Below the pieces are notes generated by a model. That model had not been told where the DNA came from. It ran no database searches and saw only the letters and a list, made by a program, of their open reading frames with translations. This document shows, piece by piece, positions 26,801-38,200 of a stretch of DNA of 64,000 nt. The stretch is taken from positions 17,980,001-18,044,000 of the forward strand of contig OZ365116.1 in NCBI GenBank assembly GCA_977030845.1, in the 5' to 3' direction. Position 1 is the first letter of the stretch. Each line of letters opens with the position of its first letter. This DNA comes from Fimbriosthenelais zetlandica (taxonomy: Eukaryota). The position numbers and the translations under genes are program-made.

Positions 26801-29800
26801 TCTATTTCTTTTCAATTCAACCTTCAGTATACATACACAGATTTAAATTATTTCTAAGTGTAGCATATACCGAACACTCAATGCTTGCAACTAGTTTATC
26901 ACTTGGGTGTTTTCTTCAAGCATATGCCAGTCACATATAAGAGTCGGTGTTATCGCCATCAGTCATCCAGGTGGTGGCTTTCAAGGTATTACAATGATAA
27001 TGAAGTCTCTGAATGGACCTGCATCATTCCAATCAAACTTTACATCGACAGGTGACAAGTTCTTAACTTCTTGTGTACCACCAAAGACTTTAATGTGTAA
27101 CTTATCTGTAAAAGTGGAGATTTAGCCATGTATTAGGCATGATGTTCGCACCACCAGGTTTTAAGTCAATTTTTTTTAAAGTGCTAGCGTTGAACAGACA
27201 CCAGACAAACCAAGTGAACCATTCACCCTGACCTCACTCACCATATAAATGTTGAATGTGCTCACGATGAGTTAACGATGACTCAGTCAATGCTTGCCTT
27301 TTGTACAGGGCCCTGAACCCCAGCCCAAAGGTCCCGCCTCACACTAATTACCAACCCCCAGCCTCTATTGTCAATATTCTCTTTTTTGAAAAAAATGGCA
27401 GTTTGCAGTTCACTGCCATCGTACTTGGTTTTCATTATTAAAGGCTTGAAGTCAGGAGGCTGGTCGGCCCGTGGTGGCTGCATTGTTAGCACGGTGCAGA
27501 TATTGAGGGATGGATGTTGATGACTATTATTAATGATGATTAAAATTAAAGTTATTATAAGTGGAGGCGTGTTTGACGTTGGAGAAACAGCTGCTTGTTA
27601 TCGTATTCTCACGTGTAAGCACCTGAATAGATTCAGTCCTCGACCCTCCAGTACATGTGCTTATTTGGAGTTAAGTGCTGAGATGTGATATTACGGCAAA
27701 TGAATTGTATGCATTGGCAGGTGAGAACAGTCCTACAACAGACACTATCTACAGCCCAGCCTAATGAAACACTAAATAATTCACCAATGACAGAATAATG
27801 ACCGCACTCTGGCTCTGGACATGACCTTCTTCATTTGTAAAGCCAGCTTGGCTTCCAATGGGAACAGCCATTGATAGCTGTGGACATCGTTCTTTCTAAC
27901 AGTTTATCTCTACAAGGCATCTCATATTATATTTCATCTTTTTCTTTCCTTCATCATATTATTCTTTGCCCTCTTTTCTCAAATATAGGCAGGTGTTCAC
28001 AAATCATGTCAGATTGTAAAGTATTGCCTCTTCTGGTGAAGATAAGATCTGTAACCTAGCCTCCCAGGTGGAGAGATGGGTGAGGAGATAGGCTGTCCAT
28101 TGTGGGCCTACTCCCGGCTATACATCACACGGGACGTTTGTATATAACCTCATTGTACATACCCCCGTGTACGACATGGGTAGACATGTCTTAATCAGTA
28201 CTTACAAGTCCTCCCCCTCCTCTATGATCAGCCCTCATTTTGTATCCACTTGTCTGTAATCATTGTGCTATTAGCATTCATAGAGTGCACCGCATCTCGG
28301 ATCTCTTATCTATTATGTTGTCCTATGATGACTACTGTTTCCGCTCATGAATTTATTAGACAATTTGTTGCAATTGTGTCCAACGAATTGCAGGGATCCA
28401 TATAGGAGGACCACTATACGACTAGATGCCCTCATCCTTTAAGGGACAGAGATACAGGACTGATCTGGTATATGTCTTTGGCATCTCATTGATATATTTG
28501 TGGTCAGCAATGTTGAAGTACCTGTACAGGTATGATCAGTGATGGCTATGTGTCATAGGTCATGACAAAGGTTGCTACATGGATGTATATATTACACACA
28601 CCTGCCATTGTCAATGATTCACCTTGCGGCCCCTTCCACTCACTCAGCAAGTTTTTCATTTGTTTAACATAATTGGATTTGGAATAGATTGCATGGCCCA
28701 GGGCTGTATGTTCTCACCTTGCCTTTGTTCACTGTTTTTGAGTGGTCAGTAGGTTACAAGGTATAATGGGTAGTTGATCACTGGAGGAAGATTGTTCCTA
28801 AATATGAGAGGTATTCCCTCAATCCTAAGCCTTAATCTCTTTCTGTAGCTATACCTTGCCTATGCACAGGTTTATTTTCTACCAATTTGAGGGAAATTAT
28901 TGCACTTACTGCCCTTTTCAAGGAACTTTGAAATTCCTTCTGGAATAAAGATACAGTTGCTTATCAGTTCTGAGTATGAGGCTTGGTGTTCAGTGACATG
29001 CGCAGTGGTGTACAACCCTGGTCACGTGGAGGTCAACCATGCCCGGACTTACCCTCATTATCGCCCATATCAACAGTCATATATCTCCATGGTTACTGGA
29101 TCCACAGGGGGAAACTAGCATCTCTCAAGGTCACGTGATAGTCATGGGCCCACCTGAGGGTCGCGGGGATCAAGGAATACCACACCACCTGATGCGCATT
29201 TTGCTGATAGCTCGTCAATTTATTACTTTCTCTCCAAAAGAACTGACTTCTTTATCTTTGAGACCATAAAATGTCCAGGAGCATCGCACCTCTAATCGAT
29301 TTTGCAGTAAATTATTTCGATGGCTTTGATGTTGGCCATTAAGCTGCCGAAAACGTTACCTTAAAATAACCTTTGATAAATCAAAATGGGTGAGAAATGT
29401 GTCTGTTAAGGCTGTAAATACAGGTAGACGCAGGCTCCTGCTCCCTCTGTGTGACTCACTATTATGTCTAGAAACACTGGAGGAGAATAATTGGACAGTA
29501 ACTGGTCTGCATGTGATTTTCCGCTAGCTTGACAGACTTTGACGATAATTGGTTGTCTTTACATTAAGTCCTCGAGCAGAAAAACAACCTTGTGTCAACT
29601 GCCTCTAAGTGTAACGTTTTCCTATGGCTTTTCATCATTTTTCAACTGGAGTTTCCAAGTATGACAGAAGGGAAAGACAAAGAAAGTCTGACCAATTGTC
29701 CTTTGGCAGTTGACGGGTGCCCTTTGTTTTGGGTCTAAAAGGAACAGATTAGCCTGTGGTTATTGAAACAAGGCAAGGCCAGTGGGAGGCAAGTTAGACA

Positions 29801-32800
29801 GAAAAAGAGAGAGCAAGTGAGGCCACAGGTTCCCAAGCTGGGTACCTCAGACACAGTTGGGTACCGTATTTAGCATAAATTTCATACTTGCAAAAACACA
29901 AAAGAATATATTTCTAAATAATACCTTTGCTTTTTTTAAATGGAATAATCAGGCTGTGAGATATGGGCATGAAATTCAATATACATGTATTAGATCTGAT
30001 CAAGCCGTCAATTGGCAGAGTGGAGATAGGTCTAAGTTGTACGGTAGCCCCGGTCAGAGGTCGTTTGAAGTCAGAGAGGATCAGTTGGCTGCAGTGGTTG
30101 GATCCCAGACAAGAGAGACCTACTGTTGACCCAGGCAGGGCCTCAATGTTTGGGTGTTTGTAATCAGGTATAGGTGTCATGTTCTCACAGCAAACCTGGC
30201 AATATTTGTGGATTAAGTTATAAATATAATCTACATGCAGCACAGAGGCGACTATCCTGTCTCCAATTAGTATAAATGCTATTCCTATCATACAGAATTA
30301 GTTGGTGTTGACTTCGTAAATTGAAAGTGTCTTTGCTCTTTTTCCGTTCGATACTGACTTTGTGTTTTATGTCCGCCACAGTATGGAAGTGTACAATAAA
30401 AAGATTAGTATGAGTAAGGCCTATTATCGTCCCTTCATGGCCAAGGTCCCATTGAGATATTGAAAAAACCTTTGCCAAATGCCCTCTTCAGTACACAGAG
30501 GGACTTTTCAAAATGTCGTCTGCTAAGGTCAGAAAGGTCATTTTCCTGGTGCCAGTCCCCAGAACTAAAAGGTCAGACGCAAGGGGCAAAGGTCGTTGGT
30601 GCTGAAATGTCAAGCGCTTTGAAGGTCGCCTGGATGGAATGGATAATGGGGAATCATCAATATGGATGAAGAGGGGGATAGAGGAGAAAGTGAGGGTCAT
30701 TACCCCAGGTAACCCGGCCCACGAGTGGGATTATTCTACTCTAATTGTACACTTTTCTCTACACTACATACTATATGCTTTGCCGTGTGTGAGGATATAC
30801 TCTTTGCCAACAACCAGCAGCTGTGTTCAACTTGAAAGCCTGCCATAAGGGGATCATGGGTTCTCTCCCAAAGGGGAGGTGACATGGAGTATTTTACAGC
30901 TTGGTGTTTAGACAATGAGCTCTTCAAAGCAACGATGCTTTGTAAGTAAAAGACTTCTTCTAAAAGTCTACTTGTGTCAAAGCTTTTCCCTGCCCTTCCA
31001 TGGCTTTTGCTTCTTAAAAAGTTAATGACATTCCCATTCCTGAGGGAATTCTTTGGTATTTCCTGTTTCTAATGACCCTTTTGAACGTTCGAGCCTTAAA
31101 ACGGAAATTCCACAAAACTTTTGAATGGTCGATTTTTTATTGCACTTATACTGGTATTCTGAAAGAGATTTGCACTGTGCCCCGTTGGCCCTGGTTGCCT
31201 TCACCTGGAAATGAAGAATAATGTTATTAACAGCTGCAGCCCTACCATAACAACACATTATATACACACATGTGCTCATATATCTACTTGGTCAGGCTAT
31301 AATGGACAAGAGTGAAAAATGGACCAAGGGGCAAATATTCCCTCCTCTCTGACGGCCAACCGTGCCCTTCCTGACCCCGGGAATGTAACTCGATTACTGA
31401 GCAGTTAGAAGCAATATTATCTTTCAAATGTATCCATGATGGGATGATATATATTGGAGTCAAATAAAAGAAACAGAGCTGAGGAGACTATTGTTAAACC
31501 AGAAAATGCTGAGAATTCCCTCCTGAAATCTATGAGCAACAAGAAGAGAAGTGTGACTTTGATGGTAATGGATGAGTTGTCTATGAATTGGAACATTGCA
31601 TCAGGTCCCGTCTCTTTGTTCCCTGGAGCGATAAAAGACAGTGAAGGGAGGTCTCTCCACACAGGAGGGGAGGGAATTCCTTGAGGTGTCCAGGTAGCTG
31701 TTGTAGCGCAGGGCGGGGTGTAAGGATGGATGGATTACCTGTCCTCCAGGCCAATTCTACCTGTCAATAGAGTGGAGGAATGCCGCCTGCTCAGCTTTTC
31801 TAACTTTTCCTCCAGGGAGCTGATGCTGTTACAGCTAGCGGGCCTTCTCATTCTCCTCCTCCAGTGTTCTCTTGCCCCACGTGTGCTTGACACCTCCAGG
31901 GTTAGGCCAGCCGCCTGCAGACAGACAGACTGGAGTGCCAAGCGTATAGAGCTGTTTGTTTGCTGGGTGTTCTGTGCAGATAAACTTGCCAGTGATAGAT
32001 TCCAATTTCCTACTGCATACTTTTTGCACAGCTCTACATTTTTTTTACTAGGTTGAACCTAGGGGTTTGAAACATTGGGAATAATACTATGTCTCAAACC
32101 TACGACCAGCAACTATTTGTGCAGGGAATATAGGTATAGTTTGTTTGGTGTATGTATGATATGTTTGGTATAGAATACTGGGAGATGCTGGGGTTGATGT
32201 GAGGTGGGAGGGAGGCTGGAGGTAGGGTGTGTTTGGGGGACCATGAGAGATCAAAGGATCAATGCTAGCACCTGGTGGAGTGGGCGTTTACTCTAAATAA
32301 CTGTGCTGGTCACCTTCACACTGAGATGTTTATAATTACATTCATCTCACTATAATAATCTGCAATACGGTCTGTAAGATAGACCGGAGATGTATCTAAA
32401 AGACCCTTTCACACCAACTTCATTCCTATACCATCCATAACACAGAGCTACAAGGGTGACTGGTCTCTGACTTCCTCTCTCACCCACTCCCCACACTCCA
32501 TCATATCTCTCATTGACAGGTTTATCTCTCCTGCCCTCACCCTCCCTCTACCCTCACTCATTTACCTCTTATTCCCCCTCAGACTCCTCTCATTACCTCT
32601 ATATTATCACCCCTTATCTCCTCGCGGCTAGCATGTGGCAAGGCGTCCTTATCTTTCCACACATTTCTCATATCTCAGGTAATGGTCAAGGATTTCAGGC
32701 TATGTTATAATTGCCGATATCTAATACCGCGTGCGACATTTACTAGTTGGGAAATGATTCGCTTGCTACCATCTTCACTGACCTAAAACACTTCCCCACA

Positions 32801-34353
32801 CAATTTATGTTTTTACATGGGTTCGTCTTGGCTCTTTTCACATGTAACTTTTCAATGCAGGGAAAAAGTGAGATAAGGACCCCGGGAGATATGTTTCTTC
32901 CACTGCTGCTGACACTGACGTATAGAAATATTAGTTAATTGGACTCTTACTGGTGTCTGTGGCTAAGCTGCTTCTTGAAGATGTCAGTTTTAAAGAACAT
33001 ATGGTTATTAGATGCCATTCTGCAAAGAAACTCGCATCTTTCCTATACCATGCGCCACATACAGGTTCTAGTAGGACTGGGGCTCAACATGGCATAAGGT
33101 ATGCTGTCCTGCAGAGCCAGTGAGTGAGAGTATAGGAGGTGAAGTTTGGAAAGATGACTATTAACTGACATAAAAATGGAGCCAGATGAAGATGAACAAG
33201 CGGATTTCATGTTTGGGACTAAAGATGATTTCACACGGGATGCGAGCCAAATAATATTGATAAAAATGTGTCTGCTCAATAATTCAAAATGTGAAATGAA
33301 ACAAGCCAGATAGGATATATAGCACGACGGCCATTTGTGATCATTCATGGAAATGAATTTGACAGATCATAAAGAGAAACCATTGCTATATAGTGGTTCT
33401 GAATTCTAAATCTAAATGGCCATTCCTATCGATAACCGTCCCAAATATTATGTTAAAATAACCCAGTTGTCTCTATGTGTCTAGTTTAGCCTATGTTGAA
33501 TGAAAACATGCAGTGCATGTCCTTTCAAATGCATGTTATGCCAAGTCTGAAGAGTTCTTTAAGAAAGTGGTAGGTCCCAGGCGGTAGTCAAGTGATCCAG
33601 GTATGGATATGCAGGTACTGCCAGTCTTTTTAATGTGTATAAAACCAGGACTGTGTGCATCCTGGCATCCCATGTGGGTGAGACAAAGCGCGACCCCAGG
33701 CGGTAGAAAAAGAAGCTGCTCACCTGAGCCTTACTGAGAGGCATCACCTCATGATTCAGCAGCCCCCATGTGACGAGTGTTTACACTACGTGGATCCACT
33801 GTCACTGTGAGCAGCAGGCTCCAGGGGAGTCATAGTGTGAAAATGGTTTTGATGCTGACATGAGTGTCAACAAAGCTAGACCATCCGTGTATTCTACCTT
33901 TGAAGGGAAAAACAGTCGCTTTGTCCTAATTGGTGTACAGTTTTTACTGAGAACAAGTTTTATCCTAAAGCAGAGAACATATCTCATTATATGATGCATC
34001 CAGATCTATGGGCTAAAGAAAAGGTGCTACATCCAGAAACTTTAGTTCAGGAGTAGACTTTTAATTCCTCTTTCGCAGCAGCCATGACCTGAGTTAGAGG
34101 CAGCTATATTGCGAGGCATGAGGTAGAAGCGACCCACCCTGTTAGATATGCATCTCTGTACATCTAGACCTTTTGATGCCTTCTCGTTATATTGTTGTTT
34201 ATGTATCAAGTAACAAGATCATAGTTTCTTTGTCAATCAAAATAGACACCTGAGAAACAATACACTAGATCCACCTAGAAATGTATTGGTCTTGTTTATT
34301 TAGGGCCAGACTCATGGGGCGAGGCTGTACTACCTTCAGCATCCATGTCCATC

Positions 34354-34399
34354 CAGGTATCCCCCCTCCCCCTGTACAGGTATCCCCCCTCCCCCTGTA
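34354..34399. repeat. Perfect tandem duplication, 2 x 23 bp (CAGGTATCCCCCCTCCCCCTGTA)
   Basis: Units at 34354-34376 and 34377-34399 are identical. Confidence 0.95.
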
Positions 34400-35097
34400 C
34401 AAACTATCATGGACAAGATCATCACCCTCTGTGGGTTTATTCTGATCCCTTTCTGGAAACATCATGCATTATAAACCTGGATATGTTTTGAGATCCCTGA
34501 TCTTTAGTTGTAGCTCAGATGATTTCCTTTGGCTGGCCTTGCTTTCATTGTCTGTTGTGCTGGAGCCAAGCCCTGATGAGAGGACGTAGAATGGCACTAT
34601 TTTCTTAATGATAGCCTGCTGCTGCTTCAGCCTCTGAAGCCAGAGGGATGAGGTAAAATGGATGGGGTGGGCGCCTTCCATGAATTATGGGATAATGGCA
34701 GAACGTTTTAAGGCCAGGCTCTGGTGTCGGTGGATGCACAGTTAGACCAGGAACAAGGGGACGTAATTAGAGAGTAATTGCTATCAAATGGTGATTGAAT
34801 TTCCCTTATTAATTAAAAGTTTTGCTTGTGATGTTGGTGTTAGTGGTGTAAAATTGCCATGGATTACTTGAATCAGCTGGTACCTGGCAAATCAATTTTA
34901 CTTCAGAGACTGGCCAGTCAAGGCCAGTTTTCCTTCTAGTTGCATGTCTTATTGGACCTCTGAGTCCTTAAAGAAGTCACATCGTTTTGGAGTGGCATCA
35001 GGCCTCAATGTCTATGTATACCACTATATAGGAGTTTCATGGAAGCGTAATTAGCTATCCTTATTGTCACTATAAGAATTTTTTATTCTCTTTTCAG

Positions 35098-35231
35098 CAT
35101 TTCAATCATGGGATGACGAAGTTTGCTGAACCGTGCCCTCATGTGGTCACACACACGTATCAACACCCGAAGGCTGGAGTGGAGGTCTTGTGGACGGCTC
35201 CCCCGCCTGGAACCGGATGCATCGAATTCAG
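35098..35231 (+). CDS. SPON1: F-spondin exon, Reeler domain: HFNHGMTKFAEPCPHVVTHTYQHPKAGVEVLWTAPPPGTGCIEF(R)
   Basis: Acceptor ttctcttttcag| and donor AG|gtattt; 134 nt, phase 0 to 2. Contains the Reeler hallmark WTAPPxGTGC. The ORF track misses this frame. Confidence 0.95.
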
Positions 35232-38200
35232 GTATTTATTCACTTAATAATAATAATCTACTTTAACAGTAAGAATATTGCAATTGATGAAATAATGAAA
35301 ATCATATTCTCGTCAAATATAGAAGTAAATGTTAATAATATTAGAGTGGAAAATCGTATGTAACGTTCCCTCTCATCCAAGGGACGTCACATATCTAGAG
35401 ACTCGCTTTACTGGGCAGATACTGCATTCCTTTAATTGTTAGAGCAAGATTGCCAATTTTCCGCCTGCCAATTTCCTCTTGATTGTGTAATCTAGACTTG
35501 CTCCCGTCTAAACCACATCTAGAGTCACCCATTTAATGTTATCTAGATGTCTTCCATCCAGCTCTACTACCATCCACTCCTACTATTTTTTTACCATAAG
35601 TTCTTCTCTTTTTCTCCTTCTACCAGCGATTTCTATCTGGTAGGAAATTAGAAACGGTGCGCGCTTCTATAGTAAAGATGAGGGCCTGCGTTCTCATCAT
35701 TTCTACTAAACTTGGCATCCATACTTCTTCCAGTTTCTCTCCCTGAATAGCTCTGTAATTAGTCGAAACCGTAAAGCACATGTTTATGACGTTCTCCTTC
35801 GTCTCCACAGTAATTACTTCCACAATAGGACATTACATGGCCGTTTAAAAAGTGAGCGGTGCCATTTGATAATGGTATTATTTCAGCCTAGTGTTAGTGG
35901 GAGATGGTATTTGTGGAAGGGCTGCTAGCCATGATTACTATGTGGGTGCAGCGATTGAGGGTTGAAATCATCAATACATGAGCATGGGCAGGAGAGATGA
36001 AAGATGTTTAGTTTAAGTGATATCGCCAGTCATGTCAGAGTACGGTGACGGACTATTATTACATTGGAGTCACAAAGTACAGTTAGATTTGTTTCAAAAT
36101 TCTAAAGTAACATACATTTTTTCTTCTTATACCAAAACAGAGGTCTATTAGGACGGCAAGACGGTTAAATTATATGGCAAATGGCTTGATATCTCATTTG
36201 GGGTGTCTGCAACGCAATCTGGGATCATCTTCGATAAAACAGAATCTTAAACATTGAACGATACCATCGTTATTATGAGTGATATAAGAAAAAACGGGGC
36301 TATCAGTCATTTACCCCTTCCTCCTGCCACATATGCCATGCCGAGTGTGATCCATACTGATAAAAAGTGGTGTAAATCATTCATCCTAAACCCACCGCCT
36401 TCATGCGTCTATGACTGAATTAAAATATAATCTTGTTAGGGCCTTCTTACTCACTCCCTTGTCCCATATATAATTCTAATCTTCAATGAGGAAATAATAT
36501 CAAATATTCATGACTTGTACCGCTCGCACAGGTCCCACTACCCTGTCTCAATTATTGGAGAAATCGCATTTTCACAGCAATTAAGTACAATTAATCACTT
36601 AATGAGTAAAACTGAGAAGATATCGATTTTGTGGAGGGGTATCAAGCATAAGAAAGGTGTTCCCAGTACAGACATGCCGGTCTCCAGACCCTGGTTTCAT
36701 GTTACCTCATGTTAATATTTAATGTTTCTGGAATAAATGGAGGATTAGGATTTAAACTAAGGCGGTGGGGAGCAGCTCTCAACCCTTGAGTCCGTTAGAG
36801 GGATCATTAATTTGGTAAATGGCCCCTCGATGCTCATAAATTAGCCAAACATTACAAACTTGTGGTCTTGTGGGAAGCCAATACATTGACATAAAACTCG
36901 TATTCAGAAACTGGGCCAGTTCCACCAGGACCAGTGTTAAAATAGTAAAAAGGTCTTTTAATTTTTGTTGCTTAAAAGTCATTTAAAGTGAACTGGTCCT
37001 AATAAAGCCCTTTTGTTTCAAGAGAACCACATGGGCGCATTCTTCAATGTTCTGATGTGATTTTCCCATGCTCATGTAAAGATATCATACCCATATGTTA
37101 TAGCTGTTGACCTGTTCTACATCCACCAGGTTTTGTTGGCTTTTCTTTAGCACGAATCCTGTTGCAAGATGGCAATTTTAACATGGCCGCCATTAAAGGT
37201 CAATAGCCTTACCACATGTGTAAGTCTATTATCTGTCTCAGACCTTCAATCTACGATCTAAATTTCCCATCTTCTCACTGTCTGTACTCTGTTCCACCTT
37301 GATAATTGACATATTGCCCGCGGATTCATTATCAGGTTTATATGACAGGGAATGTTATAGTGAGGCCTTTATTGCGCTGCTTGCGCATGCGCATGATGTC
37401 ATTGAGAATATGTATTTGTAGATACATTTTATGGCGTCCTCCTTGATTGCTGTGATTATTTCAGCATCTGTATCCCAGACTGGTTTAATCTTTCACGATG
37501 GTGGATTGTACAATCCCAGGCTTTTAACCTTGGCTAACCTGTTGTTACTTTAACATACAAAACATTTGGGAAAACAGTTATTGCCACATGAAGAGCTCTT
37601 GTTGTTCATGGTTTGGGCTTTGAATGGGATAAAGGCATGTTACATATAGTCTCTCCCACGGGTTAGTCTAATGTAACAAATGTAAAAGAAATTATCCATA
37701 TAACTGTTGAATGATTTATTTCTCTGACAAAATTGTCCTTGGTGTCCCTTCAGAATATCATCCACAATGCCTCATTTTTCATTTGCCTTTTTCATCCCAA
37801 TCCGCTTCTCTGCAACAGCGATGGGAACCTGCAATAGCTGAAGGTTATACTTTTTAAGTACGAGAACTCTGAAAGTGTGAAGGGTGAGAGGAATATTGAG
37901 AATATCTAAGGATTAAGGAGGGATTTCTGTAAAGAGGATCCTAGGACAGCTCAACGACCCATCTCTAGACACTCCCTGCTGGCCCAACACCCTGGGGAAG
38001 GGGGATGGAAAATACCCAATCTTCCCCCATCTTCCCCTCGCAGAAACCCTCTCAAGAGATGTGTTCTGATTCTTGTCCTCCCATGGAGACTCTCATGCCA
38101 AATCCGAGCATTAATACAAAATACACCCCCAACAAAAACTCTTAAAACCGTGTTTTAGCCTGAAATCCTTAGACATTGACAGGAAGCACTTAGGAGCGCA

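Noticed and set aside
1010-35097. The many 60-144 aa ORFs listed inside the giant intron
   Set aside because: None shows a recognisable domain or a consistent chain of splice-compatible exons. Their number and length are what six-frame translation of non-coding DNA typically yields.
35364-35400. Imperfect hairpin followed by CTAG, like a Helitron 3' end
   Set aside because: The stem has mismatches, the spacing is short, the next base is A rather than T, and no matching 5' TC end was identified.
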